Virus record (IMG/VR): IMGVR_UViG_3300025894_001094
Coordinates: 1-60,067 of that record
From: a virus
Taxonomy: Duplodnaviria; Caudoviricetes
Strand: one strand, 5' to 3'
Length of the DNA: 60,067 nucleotides
Each line of letters opens with the position of its first letter. Positions within the stretch are counted from its first letter, which is position 1. The position numbers and the translations under genes were made by a program. This document shows, piece by piece, positions 19,820 to 28,572 of this stretch. The notes under the pieces are model-generated. The model saw nothing but the letters and a program-made list of their open reading frames with translations. It was not told the DNA's origin and searched no databases.

Positions 19820-20967
19820 TAGTATCCTTGATTCACGAGTTTTCGGGTTAGTGCTTTGCTTTCTGAGAAAGCAAGTTGAATAGAAACATCGCTGGGATAC
19901 CCATCGGAGTGGAATCCCATACCGTTCTCGTTATAAGTAGTTGTAACAGTTGTCAGATATGCGTCAAGAAATTTGTTCCCGACACGTTTACCTTTATAAG
20001 TAGTGGTTATTTCAAAAGGGTCTGGGAATTTATATCCAAGGGACACTTCTGCTCCGCCAATGGTACCTGTAATTTCATCAGGGTATAATTGATATCGGAA
20101 AAATTCTACTATTTTTTGAATTTCTATTGCTTCGTCTTGCGATTGTGCAATCAACCTGAATGTAAATGGTATTGTCCGAACAGGAACACTTTCTAACAAC
20201 ATTCTTAAATTAGGATTAGCAGTAACCCTAGTTGCGGATTTAACTCCTGCTGATATTTCTTGTGTTCCAAATGTTTCGGCAGTTCGAGTCAATGCTAGTG
20301 CTGCTGCATCTTTATCGATTCCTGCGCTATTAAAAAGACTTGTAAACGAATCGATGCCTTGTGTTAATCCTGCACCAATTGCTTTAATAGCAGAACCACC
20401 ATTTTGCAAACCTGCTTCAACACCAGCACCCATTGTGCCAAGAGTAGCACCAGTATATTGAACGGCATCTGACACTACATGACTAGTAGGAAGATACAAA
20501 GTTACATCTCCTCCATACTTTTTTTGTGCTGCTGGATTTTCGTAACTATTTTGTGCCGATCCTTTTAATTTTTGTGCGCTTTTATTTGCTAACTCAGTTC
20601 TTTTCTTAATTTCATTAGGATTGCTAGACACTACTTTGTCAATTTTGTTATCTAATTTAGATATGCTGTCTGAACTTAATATGTTGTCCACGAAATTTAA
20701 ATTTGAGAGTGCTGCTCCTGTTAACGCAGACAATTCTACGATGCGAAATCTAACCTGCCCCTGATAGAGATCTTGATCTCTTTTGGGGTAACGTAACTTG
20801 TCTTTTTTGTTAGTATTAAGAGAAGCAGTCTGAGATGCACTAACAGCAGGAGGTGTGGAAGATTTTGCAGAAATAGTTCTGTTCTGTGATTCCGTTTCGC
20901 GTTGTTGTTGCCTCAGATTTTCTTTTTCTTTCTGTGCACGTTTTTTTAATGTTCCACGAGTTGGCAT
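19819..20967 (-). CDS. gp48: Baseplate tail-tube cap gp48
   Basis: LRYP, VTLYLP, NPNLRMLLESVPVRTIPFTFRL, EAIEIQKIVEFFR, FPDPFEI, LAFSESKALTR. Confidence 0.85.
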   Translation of the reverse strand: MPTRGTLKKRAQKEKENLRQQQRETESQNRTISAKSSTPPAVSASQTASLNTNKKDKLRYPKRDQDLYQGQVRFRIVELSALTGAALSNLNFVDNILSSDSISKLDNKIDKVVSSNPNEIKKRTELANKSAQKLKGSAQNSYENPAAQKKYGGDVTLYLPTSHVVSDAVQYTGATLGTMGAGVEAGLQNGGSAIKAIGAGLTQGIDSFTSLFNSAGIDKDAAALALTRTAETFGTQEISAGVKSATRVTANPNLRMLLESVPVRTIPFTFRLIAQSQDEAIEIQKIVEFFRYQLYPDEITGTIGGAEVSLGYKFPDPFEITTTYKGKRVGNKFLDAYLTTVTTTYNENGMGFHSDGYPSDVSIQLAFSESKALTRKLVNQGY

Positions 20968-21002
20968 CTATCTTTCCATCTAAATAGGATTTAATATTCT
21001 TT

Positions 21003-21010
21003 TATTTATA
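21003..21010 (-). promoter_or_regulatory. T4-type late promoter TATAAATA for the gp48 operon; divergent variant TCTAAATA at 20979-20986 (+) for gp4
   Basis: Consensus in the divergent gp48/gp4 intergenic region. Confidence 0.75.
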
Positions 21011-21018
21011 GCGATTAT

Positions 21019-21510
21019 ATGGCGTATTCTGGTAAGTACAGGATTAAAAATCAAAGCAAATATAAAGGTGACCATACCAAAGTTATATATCGTTCTTTGT
21101 GGGAAAAAAGTTGCATGATGTACTTTGATTCATCTAATGATGTTAAATCATGGTCTAGTGAAGAAACTGTTATTCCTTATATTTACGATGTCGATAAAAG
21201 GTATCATCGTTATTTTATGGATTTTAAAGTAACATGGAAAAACGGCAAGACCAGTTTAATCGAGGTAAAACCAAATAAAGAAACAACGCCGCCAAAGAAA
21301 GTAAATGTGCGTAATAAAAGATATATGACAGAAGCATTAACTTACGTTAAAAATATGAATAAATGGGAAGCGGCAAATAATTATGCGAAGGATCGAGGGT
21401 GGAAATTCGAGATATGGACTGAAAACGAATTATACGAAAAAGGTGTTATGAAAAAACCTTTAAAAAAGTTAAAACCTTTAAAACCTTATTCTAGAAAAAA
21501 GACTAAATAA
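21019..21510 (+). CDS. gp4: Head completion nuclease gp4
   Basis: YSGKY..KN.SKYKGD, YRSLWE, WSSEE, HRYFMDF, IEVKP, NMNKWEAA, FEIWTE. Confidence 0.95.
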   Translation: MAYSGKYRIKNQSKYKGDHTKVIYRSLWEKSCMMYFDSSNDVKSWSSEETVIPYIYDVDKRYHRYFMDFKVTWKNGKTSLIEVKPNKETTPPKKVNVRNKRYMTEALTYVKNMNKWEAANNYAKDRGWKFEIWTENELYEKGVMKKPLKKLKPLKPYSRKKTK

Positions 21511-21514
21511 GATC

Positions 21515-22096
21515 ATGAGCAATCTTTTTAAAACAGTAGAACAGGAAGCATTCCGTGCAGGAATAACACCCCGCACTCGTCAGTCTCGTGACTGGTTCCG
21601 CAAGAAAGTGTCGAATATGAGCGTAAATAGGCGCAATTTAATGCGTGAAGAAGAAATAATTCTAAGGAATCGTGGCGGTGTTGGCGGCATGTATATGTTT
21701 TTTTATGACCCTAAGACCAAAGACACTTTGCCGTATTGGGACAACTTTCCATTGATCATATTTGTTGAAGGTACTAAGGGTGGGTTCTATGGTGTGAATT
21801 TACACTATCTCCCAATGACATTGAGAGCAAAATTTCTAGACGGGTTAATGGACCAAACTAACAACGAGAAATTCGACGAGTCTACTAGATTTGAGTTATC
21901 GTATAGTTATCTTAAATCAGCAGCAAAACTTAAATACTTCAAACCTTGTTTTAAGAAATATTTGACTTCTCGTGTAGAGGGGCAACTTGCTTATGTTCCA
22001 GCACCGGAGTGGGAAATTGCAACCTTTTTACCAACGCAACAATTTTCAGGATCAAGTCAAAGTAAAGTTTGGAGTGATTCAAGGGATAAGATATGA
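21515..22096 (+). CDS. gp2: DNA end protector protein gp2
   Basis: MFFYDPKTKDTLPYWDNFPL, GFYGVNLHYLP, KPCFKKYL, WEIATFLPTQQF. Confidence 0.95.
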   Translation: MSNLFKTVEQEAFRAGITPRTRQSRDWFRKKVSNMSVNRRNLMREEEIILRNRGGVGGMYMFFYDPKTKDTLPYWDNFPLIIFVEGTKGGFYGVNLHYLPMTLRAKFLDGLMDQTNNEKFDESTRFELSYSYLKSAAKLKYFKPCFKKYLTSRVEGQLAYVPAPEWEIATFLPTQQFSGSSQSKVWSDSRDKI

Positions 22097-22812
22097 CAAA
22101 TAGTGTAGATCAACTGTTAGGAGAGGTTATAGCAAAAGGTGGTGTTGCCAAATCAAATTTATGGCAAGTCACTTTACCGTCTCTTGGTATATACGACACG
22201 AACAGTATAAATTTAATATGCACCGAAACCTCTACTCCTGGTAGAAATATAAATCAGACTGAATTGCAGATCGGTTTAAATAGAAAACAGATTGCTAACG
22301 GTTTTGGCATTGTAAATGTACCAATGACATTTTATGTTTTGAACGATCCGTATATTTTAGACTATTTTGAACAATGGCAAAACTTATGTATCAACCAACA
22401 AACTTACGAAGTTGGTTATTACACAGAATATACTTTCCCTATAAAAATCGCAATATTGAAAAAGGGATTTTCTTTACCTCTTCTAAAAAAAGAATTTCCG
22501 GTACCTTTACCTACATCAGTAAAGAACCGTTTACCTAGAATAGGTCCATTGAATTTAGCACAAGGTCAATTAGACCTTAATCTGGCAACAGACGATAAAA
22601 TATTATACGAATATGAATTGATAGATGCGTACCCTTCCGCTTTTACGGGAATGGCGTTAGTTAACGATGTTGATGCAGAGTTACTAAAACTGTCAGTAGA
22701 ATTTACGTACAGGGATTGGAGATCTTCTTCAAGTGCAGAAAAAGGCGAAAATATTTTCGGTGAAATTTTAGACAATCTTACCGGTGGACTATTTAATAAA
22801 TTAGGAATTTAA
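22093..22812 (+). CDS. gp54: Tail tube initiator gp54 (gp19-like fold)
   Basis: GGVAKSNLWQV, PGRNI, MTFY, YFEQWQ, YELIDAYP, LSVEFTYRDW. Confidence 0.75.
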   Translation: MTNSVDQLLGEVIAKGGVAKSNLWQVTLPSLGIYDTNSINLICTETSTPGRNINQTELQIGLNRKQIANGFGIVNVPMTFYVLNDPYILDYFEQWQNLCINQQTYEVGYYTEYTFPIKIAILKKGFSLPLLKKEFPVPLPTSVKNRLPRIGPLNLAQGQLDLNLATDDKILYEYELIDAYPSAFTGMALVNDVDAELLKLSVEFTYRDWRSSSSAEKGENIFGEILDNLTGGLFNKLGI

Positions 22813-22814
22813 TT

Positions 22815-23522
22815 ATGGCGTTACCAAAACTTAATGATACCCCAAAATACAGTATTGTGGTCCCTTCAACAAATAAGAAAGTCCGATTCAGACCTTATTT
22901 GGTAAAAGAAGAAAAAGTATTGTTAATGGCAGTTGAAACAGGTGATCAAAAAAATATCATTGAAGCAGTAGTAGACACTATTGCGTCTTGTGTTTATGAC
23001 AAGTTGAACACCGAAGATTTGACTACTTTTGACGTAGAATTTTTATTCACTCAAATCAGGTCGAAGTCATCAGGAGAAACCGTTCCGCTTTTATTAAAAT
23101 GTAGTGAGTGCGAAGTTCCTAATGAAACATCGGTAAGATTAGATGAGTTAAAAATAAAGGTACCAAAAAAGAAAAGTGTGGTTGAATTAAACGACCAAGT
23201 TTCTATGGAGTTACGATATCCACCTTATTCAATATTAACAGATTTTGATTTTGAAGATGAATCATCAGAAGCAACCAGAACATTTAAGTTAGCAGGACGA
23301 TGCATTAAAGCAGTGTTTTATGATGATGAACGTATTGCAAACGAAGATATTACAGAAGATGAGATGCAAGAGTTTTTAGAATCTATGACCACAGAGCAAT
23401 TCAAAGAGTTATCGGATTATATTGAGAGTATGCCAAAACTTTCGCACACAATGAAGTTTGATTGTGTAAGTTGCTCGCATAGCAATGAAATAGTATTGGA
23501 GGGTATGCAAAGTTTTTTTTAG
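22815..23522 (+). CDS. gp26: Baseplate hub assembly protein gp26
   Basis: MALPKLN.PKY, FRPYLVKEEKVLLMA, FDVEFLF.QIRSKSSGE, CxxC pairs, LEGMQSFF. Confidence 0.9.
   Translation: MALPKLNDTPKYSIVVPSTNKKVRFRPYLVKEEKVLLMAVETGDQKNIIEAVVDTIASCVYDKLNTEDLTTFDVEFLFTQIRSKSSGETVPLLLKCSECEVPNETSVRLDELKIKVPKKKSVVELNDQVSMELRYPPYSILTDFDFEDESSEATRTFKLAGRCIKAVFYDDERIANEDITEDEMQEFLESMTTEQFKELSDYIESMPKLSHTMKFDCVSCSHSNEIVLEGMQSFF
23513..23520 (+). promoter_or_regulatory. Candidate -1 ribosomal frameshift site (AGT TTT TTT TAG; T8 run)
   Basis: X XXY YYZ heptamer T TTT TTT directly before the gp26 stop; the -1 frame opens into gp51. Confidence 0.6.
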
Positions 23523-23704
23523 TTTCCCTTTCTCATGATACGTTAGTGAACCATTACAAGACGAATTTTGAGTTAGTGTACGCAGACAAATACTCTTTAT
23601 CAGAACTTGATGATATGCTACCTTGGGAAAGGGAAATTTATGTTACAATGCTTACTCAAAGAATAAAAGAAGAGAACGAGAAGAGAAAAAATGGCAATCG
23701 CTGA
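23519..23704 (+). CDS. gp51: gp51-like baseplate hub assembly segment in the -1 frame of gp26 (not in ORF track)
   Basis: LVSLSHDTLVNHYKTNFELVYADKYSLSELDDMLPWEREIYVTML...GNR*; KYSLSEL..M.PWEREIY motif. No ATG before the motif, only GTG at 23546 without a clear SD. Confidence 0.8.
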   Translation, partial: LVSLSHDTLVNHYKTNFELVYADKYSLSELDDMLPWEREIYVTMLTQRIKEENEKRKNGNR

Positions 23705-24953
23705 TGCAACAGAAAGTTTAAACTTTACTAATCCTACGGTATTACAAATTAATAACCGTATAGGCATTATTAAAGAAAACGTCGAAGAAGAATTGATTCC
23801 TATTCTGAGAAGTATTGACAAACACTTCGAAAAGTTAACCAAAGCATTGGCATTTAATGCTTTGGAGAATACTGATGAAAAGGATAAAACAAATGATGAT
23901 GGTCCTAAAACACCAGAGGTAGAAGACACCCCGAGTTTCTTTGATAAACTTAAAGACTTTTTTACTCAACTAGGTAAAGCACTTATAAGGTTTGTAGGTA
24001 TTATACTTCCTGCTATCATTGCTGCATTGGGTTTATCCAACATCGGATTTACAGGAAAAGAATTTGCCATGCTTAAAACTATCAGAGCATTTTTCTCTGG
24101 TGGATGGTGGGCAGAAAAACTGAGCAAATTAGCAACGATGTTCAGAGAAAATAAAACTGTAATAGCAATTAAAGAGTTTTTCAGTTCAGGACGAATTGGT
24201 ACAATTATTGATGATGCTATGAAATCAGTTAAAGCATTTTTCTCTATGGAAGGTGATGGTTTAATTGCTAAGGTTTTTAGAGGTCTCAAATCTTTCGGCG
24301 GAAAAATTATGGCAGTATTCGGAAAGATAATGTATCCGATCAGTCTGCTTATGTCTGCCTTTGACGGTTTTATGACTGCATCAGCAGATTTTGAAAAGAA
24401 TGAGAGTATAGTATCTGCCGGTATTAATTTTATAACAGGATTTTTAGCATCTTTTATTGGAACGTTTGTCGATCTAATAAAAGACGGTATTATGTGGTTG
24501 ATTGGCAAACTACCGTTTGTTGAAGTAGACGAAGAAGGTGCGTTTACTAATTCAATACTTAAATTTATCGATGAGAAAGTAAATGTTACAGAAACATTTC
24601 TTAAAATGGGTCAGATATTCAGTGATATCTGGAGTAGTTTTACAACAGCATTAGGTGAGTGGTGGTCAAATTTTAGTCTATGGGATTTTGTTACTGGTGG
24701 CAACACTGCAGAAGATCTCAAAGGAATGGTTACGAATGGTGTAACCTATGGTAAACGAGAAGGACAACAAGAAGAATTAGCAGAGGTCGCAGCAGAAAAA
24801 TCTGATGCATCAGGCGGTGGAATAGTTCAGGTCAATGCACCCACTAATACTACTAATACAACAGATGCCAGCACTTCTAACGTACATGCAGTTGCTGCTA
24901 GTGGAAGTAATCCTAAAGGACCAAGGAAACGACAACGTGGAGGCGGTGCATAA
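23691..24953 (+). CDS. Tape-measure-like / gp29-position protein (420 aa)
   Basis: Amphipathic helical sequence with periodic F/W and hydrophobic stretches; follows gp26/gp51; T/N-rich tail. Confidence 0.5.
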   Translation: MAIADATESLNFTNPTVLQINNRIGIIKENVEEELIPILRSIDKHFEKLTKALAFNALENTDEKDKTNDDGPKTPEVEDTPSFFDKLKDFFTQLGKALIRFVGIILPAIIAALGLSNIGFTGKEFAMLKTIRAFFSGGWWAEKLSKLATMFRENKTVIAIKEFFSSGRIGTIIDDAMKSVKAFFSMEGDGLIAKVFRGLKSFGGKIMAVFGKIMYPISLLMSAFDGFMTASADFEKNESIVSAGINFITGFLASFIGTFVDLIKDGIMWLIGKLPFVEVDEEGAFTNSILKFIDEKVNVTETFLKMGQIFSDIWSSFTTALGEWWSNFSLWDFVTGGNTAEDLKGMVTNGVTYGKREGQQEELAEVAAEKSDASGGGIVQVNAPTNTTNTTDASTSNVHAVAASGSNPKGPRKRQRGGGA

Positions 24954-25213
24954 TGTCACATAGTCCGGGTCATGGTCGTAGTGCCGCAGTTTTTGTGTTA
25001 TCTTCTTTACCTGCTAATGCCAGAGCAAAAGCAAGTGCTAATCCCAGATCAGTTTTAATATCTGATTTATCTAGTGCTCAACAAGCACAAGCTAACGGCA
25101 AAGATAGTGTAGCAATCGTCGATGGCGATACAGTTACGTATCTAGCACCAACGGGTGATTTTCGTGCCGCATATTTTACGGTAAAAGAAGAGAGAGAATC
25201 TCAGGGGATATAA
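24953..25213 (+). CDS. Hypothetical protein (86 aa)
   Basis: TAATG-coupled ORF ending at the terminator. Confidence 0.65.
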   Translation: MSHSPGHGRSAAVFVLSSLPANARAKASANPRSVLISDLSSAQQAQANGKDSVAIVDGDTVTYLAPTGDFRAAYFTVKEERESQGI

Positions 25214-25232
25214 AAAGGGACCCGAAGGTCCC
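25212..25232 (-). terminator. Intrinsic terminator with C-UUCG-G tetraloop after gp32
   Basis: Minus strand GGGACC-TTCG-GGTCCC-TTTTT between convergent genes. Confidence 0.9.
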
Positions 25233-25272
25233 TAGTGTTGTTTTACGGCAGTAGCACGGTGGAACAACGATC

Positions 25273-26154
25273 CTAATCCTCTTCTGCTAACTTAGCAAAA
25301 TAAGACATTGTGTCATCGTCATCTGATGATGCGACTGAGGGTGCTGGTGCCGACTTCATCACAGGGGAAGGTTCAACCACCGCCGTATCTGCGAAATCGG
25401 AAGCAACTGCTTGACCAAGGACCATCAGTAGACGTGCTTCTAGTTCAGCATAAGACTTAAAGTTTTCTGGATCAGAGAACTCATTTAAATCATATGAGGC
25501 ATCGTATAAAGATTTTAAATAATCTTTATCTTCTGATATTGCTGATGGACTATCAAAAGCAGACTTATCATAGTTACGATATCCTTCGAACTTACGAATT
25601 TTAAGTTTAAAGGAGGCACCATCAAAATAATTAAATGGGTTCATAGGTTTTTCATCGTACCCATCACCATTCATTGCGTCCATAATTTTATCATGGATCT
25701 TTTTACCATAGGTGAATAACATCACCTTACCTTCGTTTTCGGGATTACCGGGATCGCTCTCAACTAAAACGTTGGACACATAGTGTAGTCTACGCTTTCG
25801 TTCCCTAGCAATATCCTTGTCTCGCTCATCTCCGGAATTCCAGAGTTTTGAGTTTGCTTCGGATACCGGATCCTGTTGACCAATCGAAGTCAAAGACTTT
25901 TCAATGTACCACTGACCAGTTGGTCCCTTAAACCCGTGATCCCAGTATCGAACCCATGGGAGATCGTTACCTTCAATTGCGGGTAGGAATCGCAAGACGG
26001 CATAACCATTTCCTGCTTTATCTACGGTGGGTTTCCATTGACGTTCGTCAACATAGGATTTTGTTGCTTTCTGTTGATCGTTATCACCTGCGGCGGCAAC
26101 TAATCGGGACAGTTCGTCTGCGCGATCGCGCTTCATTAATGCTTCAAAAGACAT
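25273..26154 (-). CDS. gp32: Single-stranded DNA-binding protein gp32
   Basis: DERQWKPTVDKAGNGYAVLRFLP, HGFKGPTGQWYIEKSLT, YGKKI, YRNYDKS, acidic tail MSYFAKLAEED. Confidence 0.97.
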   Translation of the reverse strand: MSFEALMKRDRADELSRLVAAAGDNDQQKATKSYVDERQWKPTVDKAGNGYAVLRFLPAIEGNDLPWVRYWDHGFKGPTGQWYIEKSLTSIGQQDPVSEANSKLWNSGDERDKDIARERKRRLHYVSNVLVESDPGNPENEGKVMLFTYGKKIHDKIMDAMNGDGYDEKPMNPFNYFDGASFKLKIRKFEGYRNYDKSAFDSPSAISEDKDYLKSLYDASYDLNEFSDPENFKSYAELEARLLMVLGQAVASDFADTAVVEPSPVMKSAPAPSVASSDDDDTMSYFAKLAEED

Positions 26155-26223
26155 ATTGTTTTCCTTGTATTGTATTACAGTGTATTTTCAGTGTATTTCA
26201 CATTATTCATAATATACTAGTAT

Positions 26224-26252
26224 ATAGTAGCATAAAAAATTTGATTTGTCAA
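26224..26252 (-). promoter_or_regulatory. sigma70-type promoter for gp32
   Basis: TTGACA-17 nt-TACTAT. Confidence 0.75.
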
Positions 26253-26950
26253 GATATTATATGGTAGGGGTTATTTTTGAACCTAATCATCAATCTTCTT
26301 TTAGGTGCAAATCCAGTTTTAACTAGCAAGTGTGGTTGTCTTGCATTTAACAAAAATGGGGTGTTACTGACATTGGTCAGTTTTACTTCTAAGTCTACAT
26401 CTTCATGCTTATAATATCCATGAACCAATGCACCAGCAGGTTTAACCTTAACATCAAATGCAGTTTTCAAACTTGCCTCATGATATGTTTTAGCATTAGT
26501 TTCGTCAAATCGATAACGATAAACATTTAAATAATCTATACCTTTATTATCATCTAATGGAAGGTTTAAAGATACACTACAATGCATCGGTTCTTCGTAA
26601 TCGACTTCTGGCCATGGTTCCCAGAACTCACCGTCTTTATCAATATGAATGGCATTATCTAAACGTGTAGGCAGATGAACACAATTAATAGTCCACCAAC
26701 TAACCTCTACTTGTTTTTCATCTAACCACGATTGCAATGAAGGCACCCAATCTGTTATTGGATGTTTATCGTTGTTAACGGGCATCCATCTGTATACAGA
26801 AAAACCGTGTGATTGCCTATCGCCTATGGTTTCATAAGAAGACATTGCTCTTCTCATACCCCATGCACTTGCTCTTGCTTCCTCTACCCAATTGTTGTCA
26901 GGTAGAGATACCGCAAAATGCGTGTTAGGCACAAATGGGTCATTTTTCAT
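26249..26950 (-). CDS. Putative cupin / 2OG-Fe(II)-like oxygenase
   Basis: IHID (HxD), SLNLPL strand, distal PH and C-terminal R. Confidence 0.5.
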   Translation of the reverse strand: MKNDPFVPNTHFAVSLPDNNWVEEARASAWGMRRAMSSYETIGDRQSHGFSVYRWMPVNNDKHPITDWVPSLQSWLDEKQVEVSWWTINCVHLPTRLDNAIHIDKDGEFWEPWPEVDYEEPMHCSVSLNLPLDDNKGIDYLNVYRYRFDETNAKTYHEASLKTAFDVKVKPAGALVHGYYKHEDVDLEVKLTNVSNTPFLLNARQPHLLVKTGFAPKRRLMIRFKNNPYHIIS

Positions 26951-27608
26951 GTGACAGTTTAACCGTAAAAGTAATTATGTTATTGAAAGTTACGAAATCT
27001 GGTTTTGGTACGTAATGATCTACTGTGTAAGACAGTTTATTATCGTATAGTATTGCATTATCTTTTAATAGACAAGTTAGTATAGGTTTCCTATCTATAA
27101 TCCAATATGGAAGGTTTAACCTTTTTGTTACATCATACTTATCTATGTCATCCAGATCAAACAAATGTTCTATTAACTGTTGGTCTGTTTTTTTAGAATT
27201 TTGATTGAGAATTTCTTTGTTCCTCATGATATGCATATCAACTGCTTCATAAGGATCTTCAATATCTGTCGGAATATCATAAAAGTGTATTTTTGAGTTT
27301 TCAACTGCTCCGTTTAACGGAATCAACAGAGTTTTGTTTGCTCTATCACATGAATTTTCTGCCAAATACTCAATAGGAAGAGTTTTGAATTCGTTTACAT
27401 AACTTAAACATTGAACACCAAAGGCATCGACAGTATATTTATTTTCTTTCACATAATTAGACAATTCTTCGCTGTAATCTGACAACAAAACATTGTGATA
27501 CCATTTATGCATAGGTATCCACGTTTCTTGGTACAGGTTACACTCATCAAACATGAATTTATCAAGTATTTGATACCTGATTCTATCAATGTTCATATCA
27601 ACAATCAT
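26940..27608 (-). CDS. Hypothetical protein, possible degenerate paralog of the neighbouring cupin
   Basis: TLLIPL and AILYDNKLSYTV resemble SLNLPL and FLLNARQPHLL; no HxD. Confidence 0.45.
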   Translation of the reverse strand: MIVDMNIDRIRYQILDKFMFDECNLYQETWIPMHKWYHNVLLSDYSEELSNYVKENKYTVDAFGVQCLSYVNEFKTLPIEYLAENSCDRANKTLLIPLNGAVENSKIHFYDIPTDIEDPYEAVDMHIMRNKEILNQNSKKTDQQLIEHLFDLDDIDKYDVTKRLNLPYWIIDRKPILTCLLKDNAILYDNKLSYTVDHYVPKPDFVTFNNIITFTVKLSHEK

Positions 27609-27841
27609 TCAAGTTCCATACTTCTGTTTTTATTTACCATAAGGTTTAATTTGGTTGCCTCAGCTTCAATTTTAGTCTTGATTGCAGGAGACAAATATTT
27701 TTTAACGTCCTGTGGATCAAGACCACTCTCTTCGCATAAATGAAGAACCGCGTCTAAATAACTCATTTGTTTTTCTTTCACAACTTGAACTAACATTTTA
27801 CCAAATTTCTGTTTGGTGAGCATAAGATTATTTAATTTCAT
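27605..27841 (-). CDS. gp33: Late transcription coactivator gp33
   Basis: MSYLDAVLHLCEE, LSPAIKTKIEAEA.KLNL. Confidence 0.9.
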   Translation of the reverse strand: MKLNNLMLTKQKFGKMLVQVVKEKQMSYLDAVLHLCEESGLDPQDVKKYLSPAIKTKIEAEATKLNLMVNKNRSMELE

Positions 27842-28572
27842 ATTTCAAATTCCTTAGTCCAAGTTTGTCCTATATCAGGATAAAAAGTTCCGGGTGTTCT
27901 TTTAATCATACCGTCTAAATCGTAAGCAGGAGAGGTGCATACGAATTTAATTTTGTACTCTCGATTTTCACCGTAAAAAAGATCGTTCCAAACACCGGTT
28001 TTTAAATATGTCCTCATATTCAAGACGTATGTTTCTGCCGACTGTAATGCCAGTCTTCTATCGGAATCTTTACTTTCATGGTCCTTTTTATTTGCGGAAA
28101 CATATTTTTTCCACACCTCTAACCACTCTCTCACTTTCTTTTCGCTTAGAAAATGGTCATCGTCCAAATCTGCAAGAGAAGGATGGGTAAGAGGTTCCGT
28201 TCCCATTGCTTCTCTCAACTCATTTGCTCTAAGCAACAAAGGTTTGAGATTAGAATTTAGACTATCATAAACCTTTGTTGGCATGAACCCGAGTTTTTCT
28301 TGGATATACCCATACTTCGCAAATGATGTCATATACACATCAGGAAGAATTTTAGTTTCTTCGTGTAAATCCCATCCTGAAACTTTACGTATCCATTTTT
28401 TAAGACTTGCTACTTGTTCCTTTTCTGATACTTCATAATGAGTAAAATCAGTTACCGCATTATATGCATCAATTTGCTTTTCTTCTGTTTTTGCCTTAGA
28501 AAACTTTTCCCAATTTGGTTCAGCAATAAGCGTTTTAACTTTTCTCGGAGCAGATTTTTTTACCTTTGGCAT
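27838..28572 (-). CDS. Hypothetical protein (244 aa)
   Basis: Coupled ORF upstream of gp33; YLKTGVW.DLFYGE. Confidence 0.7.
   Translation of the reverse strand: MPKVKKSAPRKVKTLIAEPNWEKFSKAKTEEKQIDAYNAVTDFTHYEVSEKEQVASLKKWIRKVSGWDLHEETKILPDVYMTSFAKYGYIQEKLGFMPTKVYDSLNSNLKPLLLRANELREAMGTEPLTHPSLADLDDDHFLSEKKVREWLEVWKKYVSANKKDHESKDSDRRLALQSAETYVLNMRTYLKTGVWNDLFYGENREYKIKFVCTSPAYDLDGMIKRTPGTFYPDIGQTWTKEFEI

Noticed and set aside
23618-24508. Minus-strand ORFs 23618-23929 and 23966-24508
   Set aside because: Antisense shadows of gp51 and the tape-measure-like gene
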